Source: Azolla caroliniana
Taxonomy: Eukaryota > Plantae > Polypodiophyta
DNA length: 64,000 nt
Assembly: GCA_043228905.1 (NCBI GenBank)
Contig: JBHGNT010000014.1
Coordinates: 17,856,001-17,920,000, forward strand
Direction: 5' to 3'
Shown here: positions 22,969-36,758 of the stretch, one piece after another
How positions within the stretch are numbered: position 1 is the stretch's first letter
Layout of the letters: each line of letters begins with the position of its first letter
Program-made: the position numbers and the translations under genes
The notes under the pieces: generated by a model
What the model was told of the DNA's origin: nothing
The model's input: the letters and a program-made list of their open reading frames with translations, nothing else
Databases searched by the model: none

Positions 22969-25366
22969 ATGGAGCTTCCATCTCCAACCTTATCATTCCT
23001 ATGCTCCAAAGATGCTCTGCTCTCGGTGCTGCTTGTGTTGGCGGCTTCGCTCCTCTACAGTCTCTGGGGAGCATTCGGCTCGATTTGGTGGAGCCAGCGC
23101 CGGATAAGGCAGGTGTTTCAATCCCAAGGTATCGCGTGCCTCCCACACCGATTCCTCTATGGAGACCTCCCTGAATTGGTCGAGCTCATGAAGGAAGCCA
23201 AAAAATCACCCATGCCAGAGATCACTCACGACATTACCTCCCGAATCCAGCCCCACCTCCATGTCTGGAATAAGAGATATGGTAAGCCTTCTATTCCCTA
23301 ACCTCCCTTTTCATAGGATTAAGAAATTTCCCCTTTCAATCTCTGCTTGCATAAGTTTTTTTTACCACTTATTGTTATCATAAGCATCATTACATGGTAT
23401 GATCATTGTTCAGGTAAGACATTTGTATATTGGAATGGATCTCGAGCTCGATTCACCCTAACCCACCCGCAACAAGCCAGAGAAGTGCTCTCCACAAAAT
23501 TTGGCCAGTACCGAAAGGTTAAGGGAAGGCCGGATGTGAAAGATTTGATCGGAGAGGGATTGGTGGGACTGGAGGGCGAGAAATGGGCTCAGCATCGTCG
23601 TATCATGAACCCGGCTTTCTTCCACGAGAAGCTCAAGGTCGGTTTTACCATTAATCTTGTTGTGCAATCCATGGTGAGATAAGGCAATATGTGAATGTGG
23701 AATGGAAAGGGGTAAATTTGTGTGATATTTGGACAGGGTATGTTGCCTACAATGGCATCATGTACAAATTTAGGGTAAATTCTATTATGAAAAGGATCAC
23801 ATTGTGTGATTTTTGGACAGGTTATGTTACCTACAATGGCATCATGTACGGCCACAATGATGGAGCAATGGAAGCTTGGCCCAGTAGCGCAAGGCCAAGA
23901 TATAGATGTCCACGCTGAGTTCAAGCGCTTAACCGCAGATATCATTGCTCACACGGCTTTCGGAAGCAGCTATGCAGAGGGCAAGCGTGTCTTCGAATTG
24001 CAACACGAACAGCAAATCATACTGAATAAATCATTTTACAGTGTCTACATCCCAGGGATGAGGTATTTTATGAAGATTTATCTCACACACATATATGTAT
24101 TGATTGCTCTTTGGAAATTTAAATAGATCAAGATGCCTCTGCATTTTATGTTTTCTGATTTTTTTTCCTGGACATATTGCTTGAATGTGTTGCATACAAA
24201 AATGGGATGCAGATTTATTCCGACTGCATTCAATCGTTATCGTTGGAAGCTGAACCGCGAGATCATTAGAATCCTCACAAAGCTCATCAAAGGCCGTTTA
24301 CAGTCAGCAGCCAAGTTGGGCCATGGACCAGATTCATATGGTACCGACTTACTTGGCCTCATGATGGCATCTAACCAAGGGCAGCTCAAGGGCAACCAGA
24401 AGAACCTATCAAGAATGGGTATCTCTGAAATCATCGGAGAATGCAAGACTTTCTTCTTCGCGGGCCATGAGACGACAGCCACGCTCCTCCCATGGGCATG
24501 CCTTCTGCTCGCAACACATCCCGAATGGCAAGATCGAGCGAGGGAGGAGATAGTTGCGCTATGTGGCAAGAGCCCGGATGTAATTCCTTCGATGGAGGCA
24601 ATGAACCAAATGAAGATCGTAAGTAATAATATTGAAGGTCTAAACCCTAAAACACCTCTAACCCCTAAACCCGAAACCCTAAGCCCTAAACCTTAAGAAA
24701 CCCCTAACCTCTAAACCTTAATAAACCTCTAAACCCAAAACCCTAATAAACCCCAAACTCCTAAACCTGGTTTCTTAACCCTAGGAAACCCCTAACCCCT
24801 AACCCCTAAACCCGGTTCAACATAATTTGGGTTAGTTTGATTACCTATGTCTCGATTAGTATGTATTCTTAATGGAAAATTTTGAGCAAATCTTGGGTAA
24901 TAATCTATACAATTGACAGGTGACCATGGTGCTGAACGAGACGATGAGGCTATACCCGCCGGTCGCGGCGATGACGAGGATGGTGGAGAAGGATACAAGG
25001 CTGGGAGGAGTGGAGGAGGAGGATGCAGTGGTGATACCGGCAGGGACGGAGATAGTGTTGCCAGTGCTCATGTGGCATCACGAGGTGGAGTACTGGGGGG
25101 ATGATGCGAACGAGTTCCGGCCGGAGCGGTTCGAGGGAGGGGTGGCCAAGGCGTGCCAGGTGCCGGGGGCGTACCTCCCGTTCTCCACGGGGCCGAGGGT
25201 TTGTATCGGGCAAGGGTTCGCGATGATGGAGGCGAAGACGGTGTTGGCCGCTATCCTACGGAGCTTCCGCTTCCACTTGTCGCCCTCGTACTGCCACACC
25301 CCCACCACCGTGATCACCTTGCAGCCGCAATTCGGGATGCAGATCACTTTCACCCATCTTAACTAG
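22969..25366 (+). CDS. Cytochrome P450, CYP72 clan, copy B; exons 22969-23281, 23414-23637, 23821-24062, 24213-24618, 24920-25366; 543 aa
   Basis: Exon lengths identical to copy A (313/224/242/406/447), GT-AG introns, and intact AGHETT, ETMR, PERF and FSTGPRVCIG motifs. Confidence 0.94.
24640..24812 (+). repeat. Degenerate telomere-like tract in P450-B intron 4
   Basis: AAACCCTAA/AACCCCTAA units; shorter than the tract in copy A. Confidence 0.85.
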
Positions 25367-28300
25367 TTGCCTCTTCTCTCTCGAGTGCCGGGTTTCAAAG
25401 CAACTCAACGTGGTGTAGAAGCAATAATGAAAATAAGGGAACGTGGTGTATGTTATTCAAACAAGATGATAATACAACCCTTGCTACCTCCACTTCATTA
25501 GTAGCTATATGGCTAGGTAACCCCTGTCAAGGGTTGTAATACAAGAAGACATCAGATTGTTTTCTGTACAGCTTTTATGTATGTATGTATGTGTAGAGAT
25601 ATACATATTCTTTCTCTTGTAGTTCTAGTCTCAAATATTATGTCTTTCTGACGATAAACAAAAATAAATATGTTTTTTGAGCTCCAAATGGTTGGATCAT
25701 GGAAACTAGATTTCTCACTGACGAAATTATTAAATCTCATTGGTTTCGAGACTTTATTATGTACTCTACGATCTTGTAATCAGAAAGGAAAACAGAACCA
25801 TGTGGTCGTGATTCAATGCGTCTCCTTTGACCTTTGTTGGCGTATGTACGTATATGTTGCGATGGCCGCATGCCGAAGCACAAATGTGAAGGAGTCTTAG
25901 TTTTGTAGCTCGATGTGAAATTGCCTTAACTTTCTTGTTCCTGAGCGTAGACATCGGTACACATTAGACATGAGCTACAAAAAGCTGGTTTGCCAATATA
26001 GATTCTGATTTGAAGATAATATTGAGTAATAACTAACTGTAGAATTGGATTTGAGACTATTCTCGAGGTGACTCATCATTGCCAACCCAATCTTTTCGTA
26101 GCATGCATGTGTTTTTGTTCACGACACTAGCTTTGAAAAACCATCGGCCCACACGAGTGTTGTATATGCATACTTTGGATCCTGTGTCATTTCTCCAACC
26201 AAATCTTGTAAGATACTAGTAATGCTTAAAGAAACAAAGAGGACAAATGTTCTCATTTAGTTTTAGATTCCAAGCTAACCGTATGCATGATTGATTATCA
26301 AATTAAAAAGTAGGCCTTTGAAAAATCAAATCAATTAAGCTCTTGAAGGATAGAATAGATCCATATTCCTTCTTCGGCACCAATTGCATGCGTGATTGAT
26401 TATCAAATTAAAAAGTAGGCCTTTGAAAAACCAAAATAAATTAAGTTCTTGAAGGATAGAATAGATCCATATTCCTTCTTTGGCACCAATTGCGACACAA
26501 CTACATATTCCACTAAAGCAACTTTTTGTTTGTTTCTTTTGATCACCATGCAACAACAACTCCAACACAACAAACAATATAACCACTAGTTAACTTATGG
26601 ATGAAAATGTCCCCCTATAATCAAAGTCTTTCCATCCCCATAATTGTGATGGGTGGGTTTGTCCATTGATCGAGGTTAATCTCAATGGTCTTTGATAGTG
26701 ACCTAGTGTAAGTCAAGGCCACATCTTTTCTGTACTTCATATGTAGTGCATCAACCTCTTAAAGTTTTAGTCCCTTTCATTACGTGACACTCGTTTCAAC
26801 AAACCTTGTGTTGAGCTCTTGCAATAAACACTAGAGAATTCAAAGAGTTCTCTTTTGGGAACGCTAAATAGGTCTGAACTCACACCACAAGGGCTGGCAA
26901 TTTTTTTCATGGGATCTCGTCATGATAGAAGTCCTAGAATTCGATTGTCTAGAGCTCTTGCACATGAAAAACCTCATTTGTGAAGAACGCTTGCATTATT
27001 CATGGACGAGGATGTGACTAGCAAAACTACTACTCATCTCATTAGGTGCCATTGCTACTATGGACGAAATGCCAAGTTTCGCAAGAGGTTGGGGGTCAAA
27101 GGAAATGAGAGAATATGAGAATTAAAATAATATCAAAATATAGCTCAAATGATGAGAGTTATGCATTCAAACAACAAAGGTGAAGAGTTATGCATTCCAT
27201 GTAAGCTCGAGGGAATCACCTATCCATATTCCACACTTTGCCTTCATTAAAGTCAGTCATTAGATGGAAAGAAAGAATTACATTAAGTCTCGACCCTTGT
27301 AATTGAGTTTTTTTTGACAAGCAAAGCACCCAAAATTGGTGAGAAACAAGTAGCTAGGTCTAATTGAAAATATACCAAAAAGTGGAAGTCAAACCCTCAT
27401 CTTCAGATCTTAAAGATCAAGTGTCCTTTTGTTGAGTCATGTAGAACATTGTTTTTTAGCTAAACACCAAAGAACTCAAAAGGTTCTCTCATGTGGAGCC
27501 CATCATGTGTAAAACGTCATGAATTAACCATTAATTTTTGTTTTGTGGAGCCCACATGACAAAACACAAGTGTTCTATCATGTGGACTTTACATGGTAGA
27601 ATTTAACGGGGTTTATTGTGTGAATTAACCATGATATAACTCTTCACAAGTTATGTTGTGTGGGGCTCATACAATAGAATTCAATGAGTTTTATAGTGTG
27701 GGGCCTATTGCGATAAAGGGAGAGAAAGGAGGAGCTATGGAGCATTGATGGGTGCTACTATAATGATCTCGTTGCCAATGCAGGTCGTGCCATTGCCTAG
27801 TGAATATGAAAATGTTGGCCCTTCCCCAACCTAGACACAACATTGATTGAGCATTCTCTTCATACTTCAACACACTTACCTTTTAGTCTTACCTCCAAAC
27901 CTTACTATTAAAAAGAAAAAGATGGGGGAGAGGCTTTATTTTTTCCGAAATACACACACACATAGCACATGCATGAGCACACATACAATAACACATAAAC
28001 ATTAACATTAACACATTGGCACAACACATAAATGTGAATTCAAGTAGAGCTCAAGCGATTGGAGTTTCATGCTATCTAGTACATAGGTATATTTTATACA
28101 CGGATTTCTGATAAGATGGAGTGGTTCTACTCTACACCAAAGTATTTATTTAAGCCGACGGTTAGAATTTGGACAAAAAAAGGGGGCTTTGTGGTATATC
28201 TTGTATGTATAGCCTTAGGGTGTTTTTATTAATACTAATGTAGTATCTTTTTTTTGGGAAAAAAACACATAAATGTGAATTTGCACACAACTTAGGGTAA

Positions 28301-28559
28301 GTCCACACCTTTGAGTTTGTGAATATAGGTTGTAGATTGAGAGGTATAAGTTCGAGTCATGAATTGGTCAACAAGAAGGATGAACATTGGTCAAGGATAA
28401 GCCCTTGTAGCCCTCCTAGTCAAGCTATAGATAAGGAGATCCTTCAAGTAGAGTAACTAGTGTGTTTGGCAATCCATTTTAGTGAAGTGTAAAGGTGATA
28501 GGAGATGTAGACAATATGTATTGGACACCAATTTTGACGACCTCTTGTGATCCCCCATT

Positions 28560-29010
28560 CAATCTTAGGCCTCAATTTTATTGGACTTCATAAAACTTCT
28601 ATTAGTTAAGACATACGACTCTGAGATAGTAATAATGGGTCAATTTATGAAGATGGCTCATTTTATTTCTTGCTCTAAAGCCACCTCAAACATGATTGTA
28701 CACAGAATCCCATATGACATTGTTTTAGGTTGTGATTCACAACTCGTCTCGCATTTTTGGAAGTACCTATTTCAGCTCCTCAAAACTATAACGAAGTTGT
28801 CATCGACATTTCATCACTAGGAAGATGGTCAAAGAAAATAGTTAAATCGGACCCTTGAGAAATGTCTTTGATATATGGAAACCTATCAACAAGATGATTG
28901 GATTCAACTCTTACTACTTGCCGAGTATGACTATAACTATACCAAACACACATCAACGGCATGATTTCATTCGTTTGTTAATCATGGTTTCCATCCACAT
29001 CTTGGCGTGA
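28560..29010 (+). mobile_element. Ty3/gypsy integrase remnant
   Basis: DFIK...KMAHFISC...IPYDIVLGCDSQLVSHFWKYLF...KLSSTFH, then LNRTLEKCL and QQDDWIQLL: a degenerate gypsy integrase core. Confidence 0.75.
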
Positions 29011-29126
29011 ACTCAAGGACGGGGATGAGTACAAAACTCAAAGAAACTCCAAATTCCATTCAGAAGATACAATGGTGACCCATTGTAGAAGGGTTAAATG
29101 TTGTCCAAAGTCATGTAGGAACTTAT

Positions 29127-29781
29127 TGTTAGGAAACAAGTCCCTCCGGATGGGAAGTGAGAAGAACAGTGTCGATGAGCAAACTCGGCCGAGGCCGATA
29201 GGCTGAGGACGAAACCGGATGACAAGTACCCGGCTATGAAAGACCCGGTGAGAACCGGATGACGAGTACCCGGCAAGAGCCGGATAGTGAAGGCCCGATG
29301 AGAAGTGCTCACCGAATGAAGGGACATATTCGTAAATATGTTTCATAGAGTCCATCGAGGCTATATTTGTAAATAGCCGAAAAGTCATATTAGTATAAAT
29401 ATGACTTAGGGCAAACAGAGAAAATTAGGATTGTCATTGCCATTCTTGTTGGTGCAAGATTAGAGCGCAACAGTGTATAGAGAGAGAGAGAGAGAGTGAG
29501 AGAAAGAGACGAAGAGTTCGTATCTCTGTTGTAACCGCCGCCTGTGGCGAAGACAGTGAACAAGGTCGTTGCCTCTGTGTTCATCTATTGTATATTGTTA
29601 CATAGTGATAGTTAGTAGTCAGTGGACTGCCGTGGTTTTTCCCGTGTTTGGGTTTTCCACATAAACATCATGTGTACTCTTCTCTCCATTGTGTCGTGCA
29701 TTCATTCCCATTTTTCTGTGTTTTGATTCTAAGCTTGGTTGTGGCCGAGCGTTGTTCATTGGGAGCGCGTAGTTCCTGTCA
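29127..29781 (+). mobile_element. Solo LTR (copia)
   Basis: TGTTAGG...CCTGTCA with TSD CTTAT on both sides (29122-29126, 29782-29786); closely similar to the LTR at 40119-40731. Confidence 0.92.
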
Positions 29782-29844
29782 CTTATCGACCATCATCGAT
29801 GATACACAACATATTGTCTATTGTGTTGCCAATGCATCCATTCC

Positions 29845-30097
29845 TAGCAATGGGCCCGGTTTCGGCTCAAACCGAACCGAACCCTTAAACCGTGGCTTAA
29901 CGGTTTATTGGTTCCAAGATATATAAACTGTTTGGTTTGGTTTCAAATGCTATGATCCGGTTTGGTTTTAGTTCGGTTCGGTTTTGAATTTTATGGTTTA
30001 GCGGTTTATAGGTTTCGGTTTATGTAGTTCGATTTAAAGGTTTATAAGTTTAAAGGTTTAAAGGTTTATAGGTTAAAAAATATTCTTAATTTTTCAT
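29845..30097. mobile_element. Left part of a hAT MITE (duplicate of 40795-41047)
   Basis: TAGCAATGGGCCCGGTT terminus and AACCG/GGTTT subterminal repeats; near-identical to 40795-41047. Confidence 0.8.
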
Positions 30098-30915
30098 TGA
30101 CATGAGTCTATACAACAACTTCAATGAAGAGAGCAAGGCTCATGAGCTCTGGGAGAAGATCGACATTATGTTTCAGAACAAAAATGTTGTCAATCAGGTT
30201 TCGGTATTTCGGAAGCTAATAAGACTCGGGTACCAAGATGGCTCCAACATGGCGGAGCACATGAATGCCTTCCAGGGGCTAATCCACCAGGCAACATCAT
30301 TAGAAGTACCTCTTGTCGATGAGGTACTTGCAATACTCCTGCTCGGTTCCCTCCCAGATAGCTGGGAGACGTTGGTTGTCACCTTCGGCAACGTCGGGCC
30401 GGAAGGGAAACGGTTATCCCTAGCAAGAGTGAAGTCGAGCTTGCTAGATGAGGAGGCGCGTCGGAAAGATAAGGATACGAGCTCCGACTCCAAAGCGCTC
30501 CTTACCGAATCGGAACGCGGAAGACAAAGGAACCGAAGTCCCCAGAACCGGGAAAAGTCAGGGACACGGTCAAAGTCAAGGGGGAGGCCTACTTGCTTCT
30601 ATTGCGGCAAGCCGGGACACTTCCAGAAGAACTGTCGGCATTTCCGAAAAGACAAGGAAACCGACGGTACCAATTCGAAGCGGACACCGGACCGGAACGG
30701 TAAAGACCGGAGGGGGCCGGACCGGAAGGGAACGACGACAATCGCGGCAAGTGAAGAAGAGTTGATGCTCATCACCGAGGAGAGTGAGCTAAACCTTGCC
30801 GGCGACGAGATGACCTGGGTGGTCGACTCCGGAGCGTTGTTCCACCTTACCCCGGACCGGAAATGCTTCTCATCCTACTCAGCCGGTGATCATGACTGTG
30901 TCCGGATGGGGAATG

Positions 30916-33900
30916 TTCCAGGAACTACACGCTCCGGTGAACACCGCTCAGCCACAACCGAGCTTAGAATCAAACACAGAAAACGGGAAAGGAAAGCATG
31001 ACACAATGGAGAGAAGAGTACACAGGGTGTTTACGTGGAAAACCCCAAACACGGGGAAAAACCACGGTAGTCCACTAACTGCTAACTATCACTATGTAAC
31101 AATAATTACAACAGTGAGCTCACGAAGGCAACAACCTCGTGCTCACGATCTTCGCCACAGGCGGTGGTTACAGCAAAGGCAACGACCTCTTCCTCTGTCT
31201 CTCTCTCTCTCTCTCTGTGTACACTTTTGCACACTAATCTAGCCCCAACAAGAATGACAACAACACTCTCAAGTTTGCCCTAAGTCATATTTATACTAAT
31301 ATGACTTTTCGGCTATTTACAAATATAGCCACGATGGACTCTTAGAAACATATTTACGAATATGTCTCTTCATCCGGTGAGCACTCCTCACCGGGCCTGC
31401 ATCATCCGGCGCTTGTCGGGTACTCGTCATCCGGTTCTCACCGGGTCTTCCGTTGCCGGGTACTCCTCATCCGGTTCTCATCGGGTCTCCCGGATAGCTG
31501 GGTATTCCTCATCCGGTTCTCATCGGGTCTGCACCATCCGGTTCTCCGTAGCCGGGTACTCGTCATTTCCCATCCGGAGGGACCTGTTTCCTAACAAACT
31601 CCCCCTTCACTCCGGCATGGGGTGCCTTACTAGTCCAATCCGCTCCCGGCATGCTTCCAGCTTGTCGGGTATCAGCACTTTGGTCAGCATATCTGACTCG
31701 TTCTCGGCCGTGTGGATCTTCGTCAGTGCGAACTCCTGGTCATCTACTCTTTCCCGGATCCAGTGATACCTTCGCTGGATATGCTTTGTCCGGGAATGGT
31801 AGGCCGCATTCTTAGTAAGGTGGATGGCACTTTGAGTATCGCAATAGAGCCGGTATTCATCTTGCCGGATATTGAGCTCTCCGATGAAGTCCTTCATCCA
31901 TAATATTTCCTTGCCAGCTTCCACAGCCGCCATGTACTCCGCCTCCGTGGTTGACAATGCAACCGTCTTCTGCAGCCTCGACTGCCACGAAACAGCTCCC
32001 CCTTCATATGTCATTACATACCTGGATGTAGACCGGCTGGTATCCACATTAGCCGGCATGTCCGAATCGGTAAAACCGTCAAGTTGAGGTTTTCCGGAGC
32101 CAAATCGGAGACACATATTTGAAGTGCCCTTCAAGTACCGGAGTATCCATTTGACCGCGTTCCAGTGCTCCTTGCCGGGATTGCTCATAAACCGGCTCAC
32201 CACTCCGACTGCGTATCCTATATCTGGTCGGGTACACACCATTGCGTACATCAAGCTCCCGACGGCAGAGGCATATGGAACCTTCATCATATCGGCCTTC
32301 TCTGCTTTCGTCTTCGGGCTTTGCCTACCAGATAATCTGTAGTTTGTCGGGAGTGTCGATTCGACCGGTTTCGCATCTAGCATGTTGAACGGTGAAGCAC
32401 CTTTGTCACATACTTCTCCTATGACAACCACAATTGCTTCACTGATCGGTTCCGGATAATATGTATCCCTAGCATCTGTCTTGCCGGACCCAAGTCTTTC
32501 ATTGAGAAGGTCTAGTTGAGAGCCTTCTTCAGCATTCGTATTTTGGCTTGGTCCCGTCCGACGATCAACATGTCGTCCACGTATAGAAGGAGTATCAGGA
32601 AGTCGCCTCCTTCGAACTTCTTCACAAACACGCAGTGATTGGCCTGCGTCTTGTGGTACCCTTGATCGGTCATGAAGGAGTCGAACTTCCGGTACCATTG
32701 CCGGGGGGCCTGCTTCAACCCGTAGAGGCTTTTCTTCAACCGGCAAACCAGGTGCTCCTTCCCTTTGTCCACGAATCCTTCTGGTTGCTGCATGTAGATC
32801 TCCTCTTCGAGGTCACCGTGAAGGAATGCCATCTTCACATCTAGTTGCTCTACCTCGAGGTCCATGCTTGTCGCTATACTCAGCATCGTCCGGATGGAGG
32901 TCATCTTTACTACCGGGGCAAATATCTCGTCGAAGTCCACGCCCTTCTTCTACTGGAACCCCTTCACCACGATCCTGGCTTTGTATCTCGGGGGGTTGCC
33001 GGCATCTCCCGGTTTCAACTTCTTGACGAGAACTCAAGGCTCCTTTTGCACAACGCTCGGCCACAACCGAGCTTAGGATCATACACAGAAAACGGGAAAG
33101 AAAACACGACACGAAGAAGAGAAGAGTACGCGGGATGTTTACGTGGAAAACCCCAAACTAGGGTAAAAACCACGGTAGCCCACAGGCTGCAAACTATCAC
33201 TATGTTAGAATGTACAATAGCGAGTTCACGAAGGCAACGACCTTGTGCTCACGATCTTCGCCACAGGCGGCGGTTACAACAGAGGCAACGACCTCTTTCT
33301 CTCTCTCTTTCTCTCTGTACACAGTTACGCGCTCTCTCACTCTTTGCGCCAACAAGAATGACCGCAACTAAAAGTTTGCCCTAAGTCATATTTATACTAA
33401 TATGACTTTTTGGCTATTTACAAATATAGCCTCGATGGACTCTCAGAAACATATTTACGAATATGTCTCTTCATCCGGTGAGCATTCTTCACCGGGTCTG
33501 CACCATCCGGCTCTCCGTAGCCGGGTACTCCTCATCCGGTCTTCACCGGGTCTGCACCATCTGGCTCTCCGTAGCCGGGTACTCCTCATCCGGTCTTCAC
33601 CGGGTTTGCACCATCCGGATCTCCGTAGCCGGGTACTCCTCATCCGGTCTTCACCGGGTCTGCACCATCCGGCTCTTCGTAGCCGGGTACTCGTCATCCG
33701 GTTTCGGCCTCGACCAAGTTTGTTCATCGGCACTGTTCTTCTCCCTTCCCATCCGGAGGGACCTATCTCCCAACACAACTTGTACACCCACTTGTTTCGG
33801 AGTTCCCGCTTTCCTTTCGGCAACTCCACCAATTTGTACATATGGTTCTCATGCAGGGAATCCATCTCATCCTGCATGGCACTTAACAATTTTCGGTTGT

Positions 33901-36716
33901 GGGTGTCATCCTTCGCTTCTTCGAAGCTTTCTGGCTCCCCCTCATCGGTTAGCAGCACACGCTCTGCATCCGGAAATCTCCGGGGGGGCCTTCTCTCTCT
34001 GAGAGGATATCTCCGTCTCTGGGCTTCGGTAACCGGCTCCTCCATTTGCTCTTCATCTGAATCCGATTCGGGGTCTTGGCCGGTTCCGGTTTCAGCTTCC
34101 TCTACTTCTTCTTCTGCCGGTTCGGTATCCTCACCGTAACCAACTGGTTCCTCGAGTGCTAGCCGGTCTCTTGCCGGTTGGGTCTGCTCATCGTAGAATC
34201 GATCCTTACCGGTCGATTTGGAGTTCATTATCTTCTTCTCCGACTCCCAGTCAGCGAGTGTCTTGTCCTCCATGAAGATAATATCTCGACTCCAGAATAC
34301 CTTCTTGTCGACCGGGTCCCACACTCGTTAGCCGAACTCATCGTCGCCGTAACCGAGGAATATGCATGGTCGGGTCTTCGGATCTAGTTTTCCTCTCCGG
34401 TCCTTAGCTGCATGCACATACGCAAGACACCCGAATACCTTCAAATGCCGGTAGGACACTTCCTTACCGGTCCAGACTCTTTGTGGCGTGTCTCCGTCCA
34501 AGGGTACTGAGGGTGATCTGTTTATCACATATGTCGCCGTCGATAGTGCCTCAGCCCAAAACTTCTTGGGTAGTTTTGCATGCGCCAGCATACTCCGGAC
34601 CCTCTCCATTACGGTCTGGTTCATCCTCTTGGCCAGCCTGTTTAGTTCCGGCGTCTTCGACACGGTAAATTCGAGCCGGATTCCCTTCAAGCGGCAGTAC
34701 TCCTCGAACTGCCCCCGGTATTCACCTCCGTTATCTGCTCCAACCGCCTTCAGCTTCCGGCCGGTTTCTCTTTCCACTCTCGCGTGGAGCTCTTTGAAGA
34801 CGGATAGCACCTGATCCTTCGTCTTCAACGGTGTGGCCCACAGCTTCCGGTTGTGGTCATCTATGAACGTCACGAAGTACTGCGATCATGCATGTGACTT
34901 CGTGTCCACTTGACACACATCAGTATGCACCAACTCCAGTGGTGCATTACGTCTCATCGGTGGCCTCGATCGAAAGGAGGTCCGGTTTTGCTTTCCGGCC
35001 AGACAATCAGTGCACTTCTCCAAGTGCACGTTCTTCACTGGAATGAGGTTGTCGTCTGCAAGCCTCTTCATCCCCTTCTCGCTCATGTGACGCAGCCTTT
35101 TGTTCCACAGCTCACCGGCAGTGTCAGATGCCACGTTCACTTCCTCCGGACATAACCGGGCATTCATCAGGTACAACGTGTTTACCTTCCGGGCCCGAGC
35201 CACAATCAGGCTCCCTTTGCTGAACTTCATAACATCGTTCTGGATGCTACCCGTGTAGCCTTCATCATCTAGCCGACCGGCTGATATCAAGTTCAGACGA
35301 ACCTCCGGAATGTGTCGGACATCCTTCAGCAGCATCTTGCATCCGGTTGGTGTTGACAGCCACACGTCTCCTATGTCGACAATTCGGCATGTACCTTCAT
35401 TCCCCATCCGGACATAGCCGTGATCAACGGCTGAGTAGGATGAGAAGGATTTCCGGTCCGGGGTAAGGTGGAACGACGCTCCGGAGTCGACCACCCAGGT
35501 CATCTCGTCGCCGACAAGGTTTAGCTCACTTTGCTCGGTGATGAGCATAAACTCTTCTTCACTTACCGCGATTGCCGTCGTTCACTTCCGGTCCGTTCCC
35601 CTGCGGTCTTTACCGTTCCGGTCCGGTGTCCACTTCGAATCGGTACCATCGGTTTCCTTGTCTTTATGGAAATGCCAACAGTTCTTCTGGAAGTGTCCCG
35701 ACTTGCCACAATAGAAGCAAGTAGGCCTCCCCCTTGACTTTGACCGTGTCCCCAACTTTTCCCAGTTCTGGGGACTACGGTTTCTATGTCTTCCGTGTTC
35801 CGATTTGGTAAGGAGCGCTTTGGAGTCGGAGCTCGTATCCTTATCTTTCCGACGCGCCTCCTCATCTAGCAAGCTCGACTTTACCCTTGCTAGGGATAAC
35901 CGTTTCCCTTCCGGCCTGGCGTTGCCCAAAGTGACAACCAACGTCTCCCAGCTATCCGGGAGGGAACCGAGTAGGAGTAGCGCTAGTACCTCATCTGCGA
36001 GAGGTACTTCCAATGATGTTGCCTGCTAGATCAGCCCCTGGAAGGCATTCATGTGCTCCGCCATGTTGGAGCCATCATGGTACCGGAGTCTTACTAGCTT
36101 CCGGAATACCGAAACCTGATTAACGACATTTTTGTTTTGAAACATAATGTCGATCTTCTCCCAGAGCTCATGAGCCTTGCTCTCTTCATTGAAGTTGTTA
36201 TATAGGCTCATGTCGATGAAGCACCGTATGTACGTCGTTGTCTTCATGTGCATCACCTCCCATATCGTGGCGTCGATTTTGTCTGGTCTCTTGTCCCCGA
36301 ACTGAACCGGCAACCAAAGATGTTTAACCACGAGCATGTCCCTCATCTTCGACTTCCACACCAAATAGTTGGAGCCGGTGAGCTTGAACATGCCTCCCAA
36401 TGAATCGTGCATTTTCTGTGTCGCTTCGCTCTGATACCACTTTGCCAGGAACTACACGCTCCGGTGAACACTGCTCGGCCACAACCGAGCTTAGAATCAA
36501 ACACCGAAAACGGGAAAGGAAAGCATGACACAATGGAGAGAAGAGTACACAGGGTGTTTACGTGGAAAACCTCAAACACGGGGAAATACCACGGCAGTCC
36601 ACTAACTGCTAACTATCACTATGTAACAATAATTACAACAGTGAGCTCACGGAGGCAACGACCTCGTGCTCACGATCTTCGCCACAGGCGGTGGTTACAG
36701 CAGAGGCAACGACCTC

Positions 36717-36758
<42 letters not shown>

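Noticed and set aside
33402-34324. 289-aa and 245-aa ORFs with 18-aa repeats suggesting a novel fusion protein
   Set aside because: Chance read-through from pol into the 54-bp repeats of an inserted solo LTR.
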